Positions 63,713 to 64,000 of a stretch of DNA of 64,000 nucleotides are shown piece after piece. Position 1 is the first letter of the stretch, and each line of letters starts with the position of its first letter. This DNA comes from Podarcis pityusensis (lineage: Eukaryota). The notes below the pieces were generated by a model. That model saw only the letters and a list, made by a program, of their open reading frames with translations, was not told where the DNA came from and did not search any database. The stretch lies in the NCBI GenBank assembly GCA_964106645.2, contig OZ067041.1; one strand, 5' to 3'. The position numbers and the translations under genes are program-made.

Positions 63713-64000
63713 GTTAGCATCTCAACATAGATGTGGTTGTCCAATCTAGTCTGCTGTTTACCAAGGAGCCTGTAGCCAAGTATTCCATGGATAGAGAGAC
63801 AAGTGTGGGAATTTGTTTGTTTGTATATTGTATTTCATCTGAAGACCACAGGGTGGTTCACAACATAAATATACAAAATCAGGACACAAAATACGTAATA
63901 AAACAAAAAAACAAACAAACCAGTAGCACCCCTCCCACAAACACATTTAAAATGCCATATAATGTTAATCAGTCAAAGGCCTGGCTTATAGAGAAACGTT

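Overview
Eukaryotic (vertebrate) genomic DNA, almost certainly a squamate and most likely a lacertid lizard, judging by Sauria SINEs, BovB, L2/CR1 and Squam3-like repeats. Two protein-coding genes lie in tandem on the + strand, in the order seen at human 13q34. (1) ADPRHL1/ARH2, the cardiac pseudo-ADP-ribosylhydrolase: exons 2-7 (1044-17585) encode the canonical ~354-aa protein. A splice donor overlapping the exon-7 stop codon (AA|GTAAAG) connects in frame to a 4.4-kb terminal exon (23291-27707), giving a ~1,825-aa isoform with a conserved N-terminal block, a long disordered region with 60-aa tandem repeats, and a compact C-terminal motif. (2) GRTP1 (TBC-domain Rab-GAP): CpG-island promoter and exons 1-3 (55726-63712). 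Exon 2 carries a +1 frameshift in a T homopolymer, probably an assembly error. The rest is dense in transposable elements, including a 1.6-kb Tigger-like non-autonomous element whose interior is two tandem arrays of perfect nested hairpins (33860-35473) and several multi-layer nested insertions. There is one 257-nt assembly gap. Gene identities come from my recall of the human orthologue sequences, not from a database search. TE family names and many TE boundaries are approximate.
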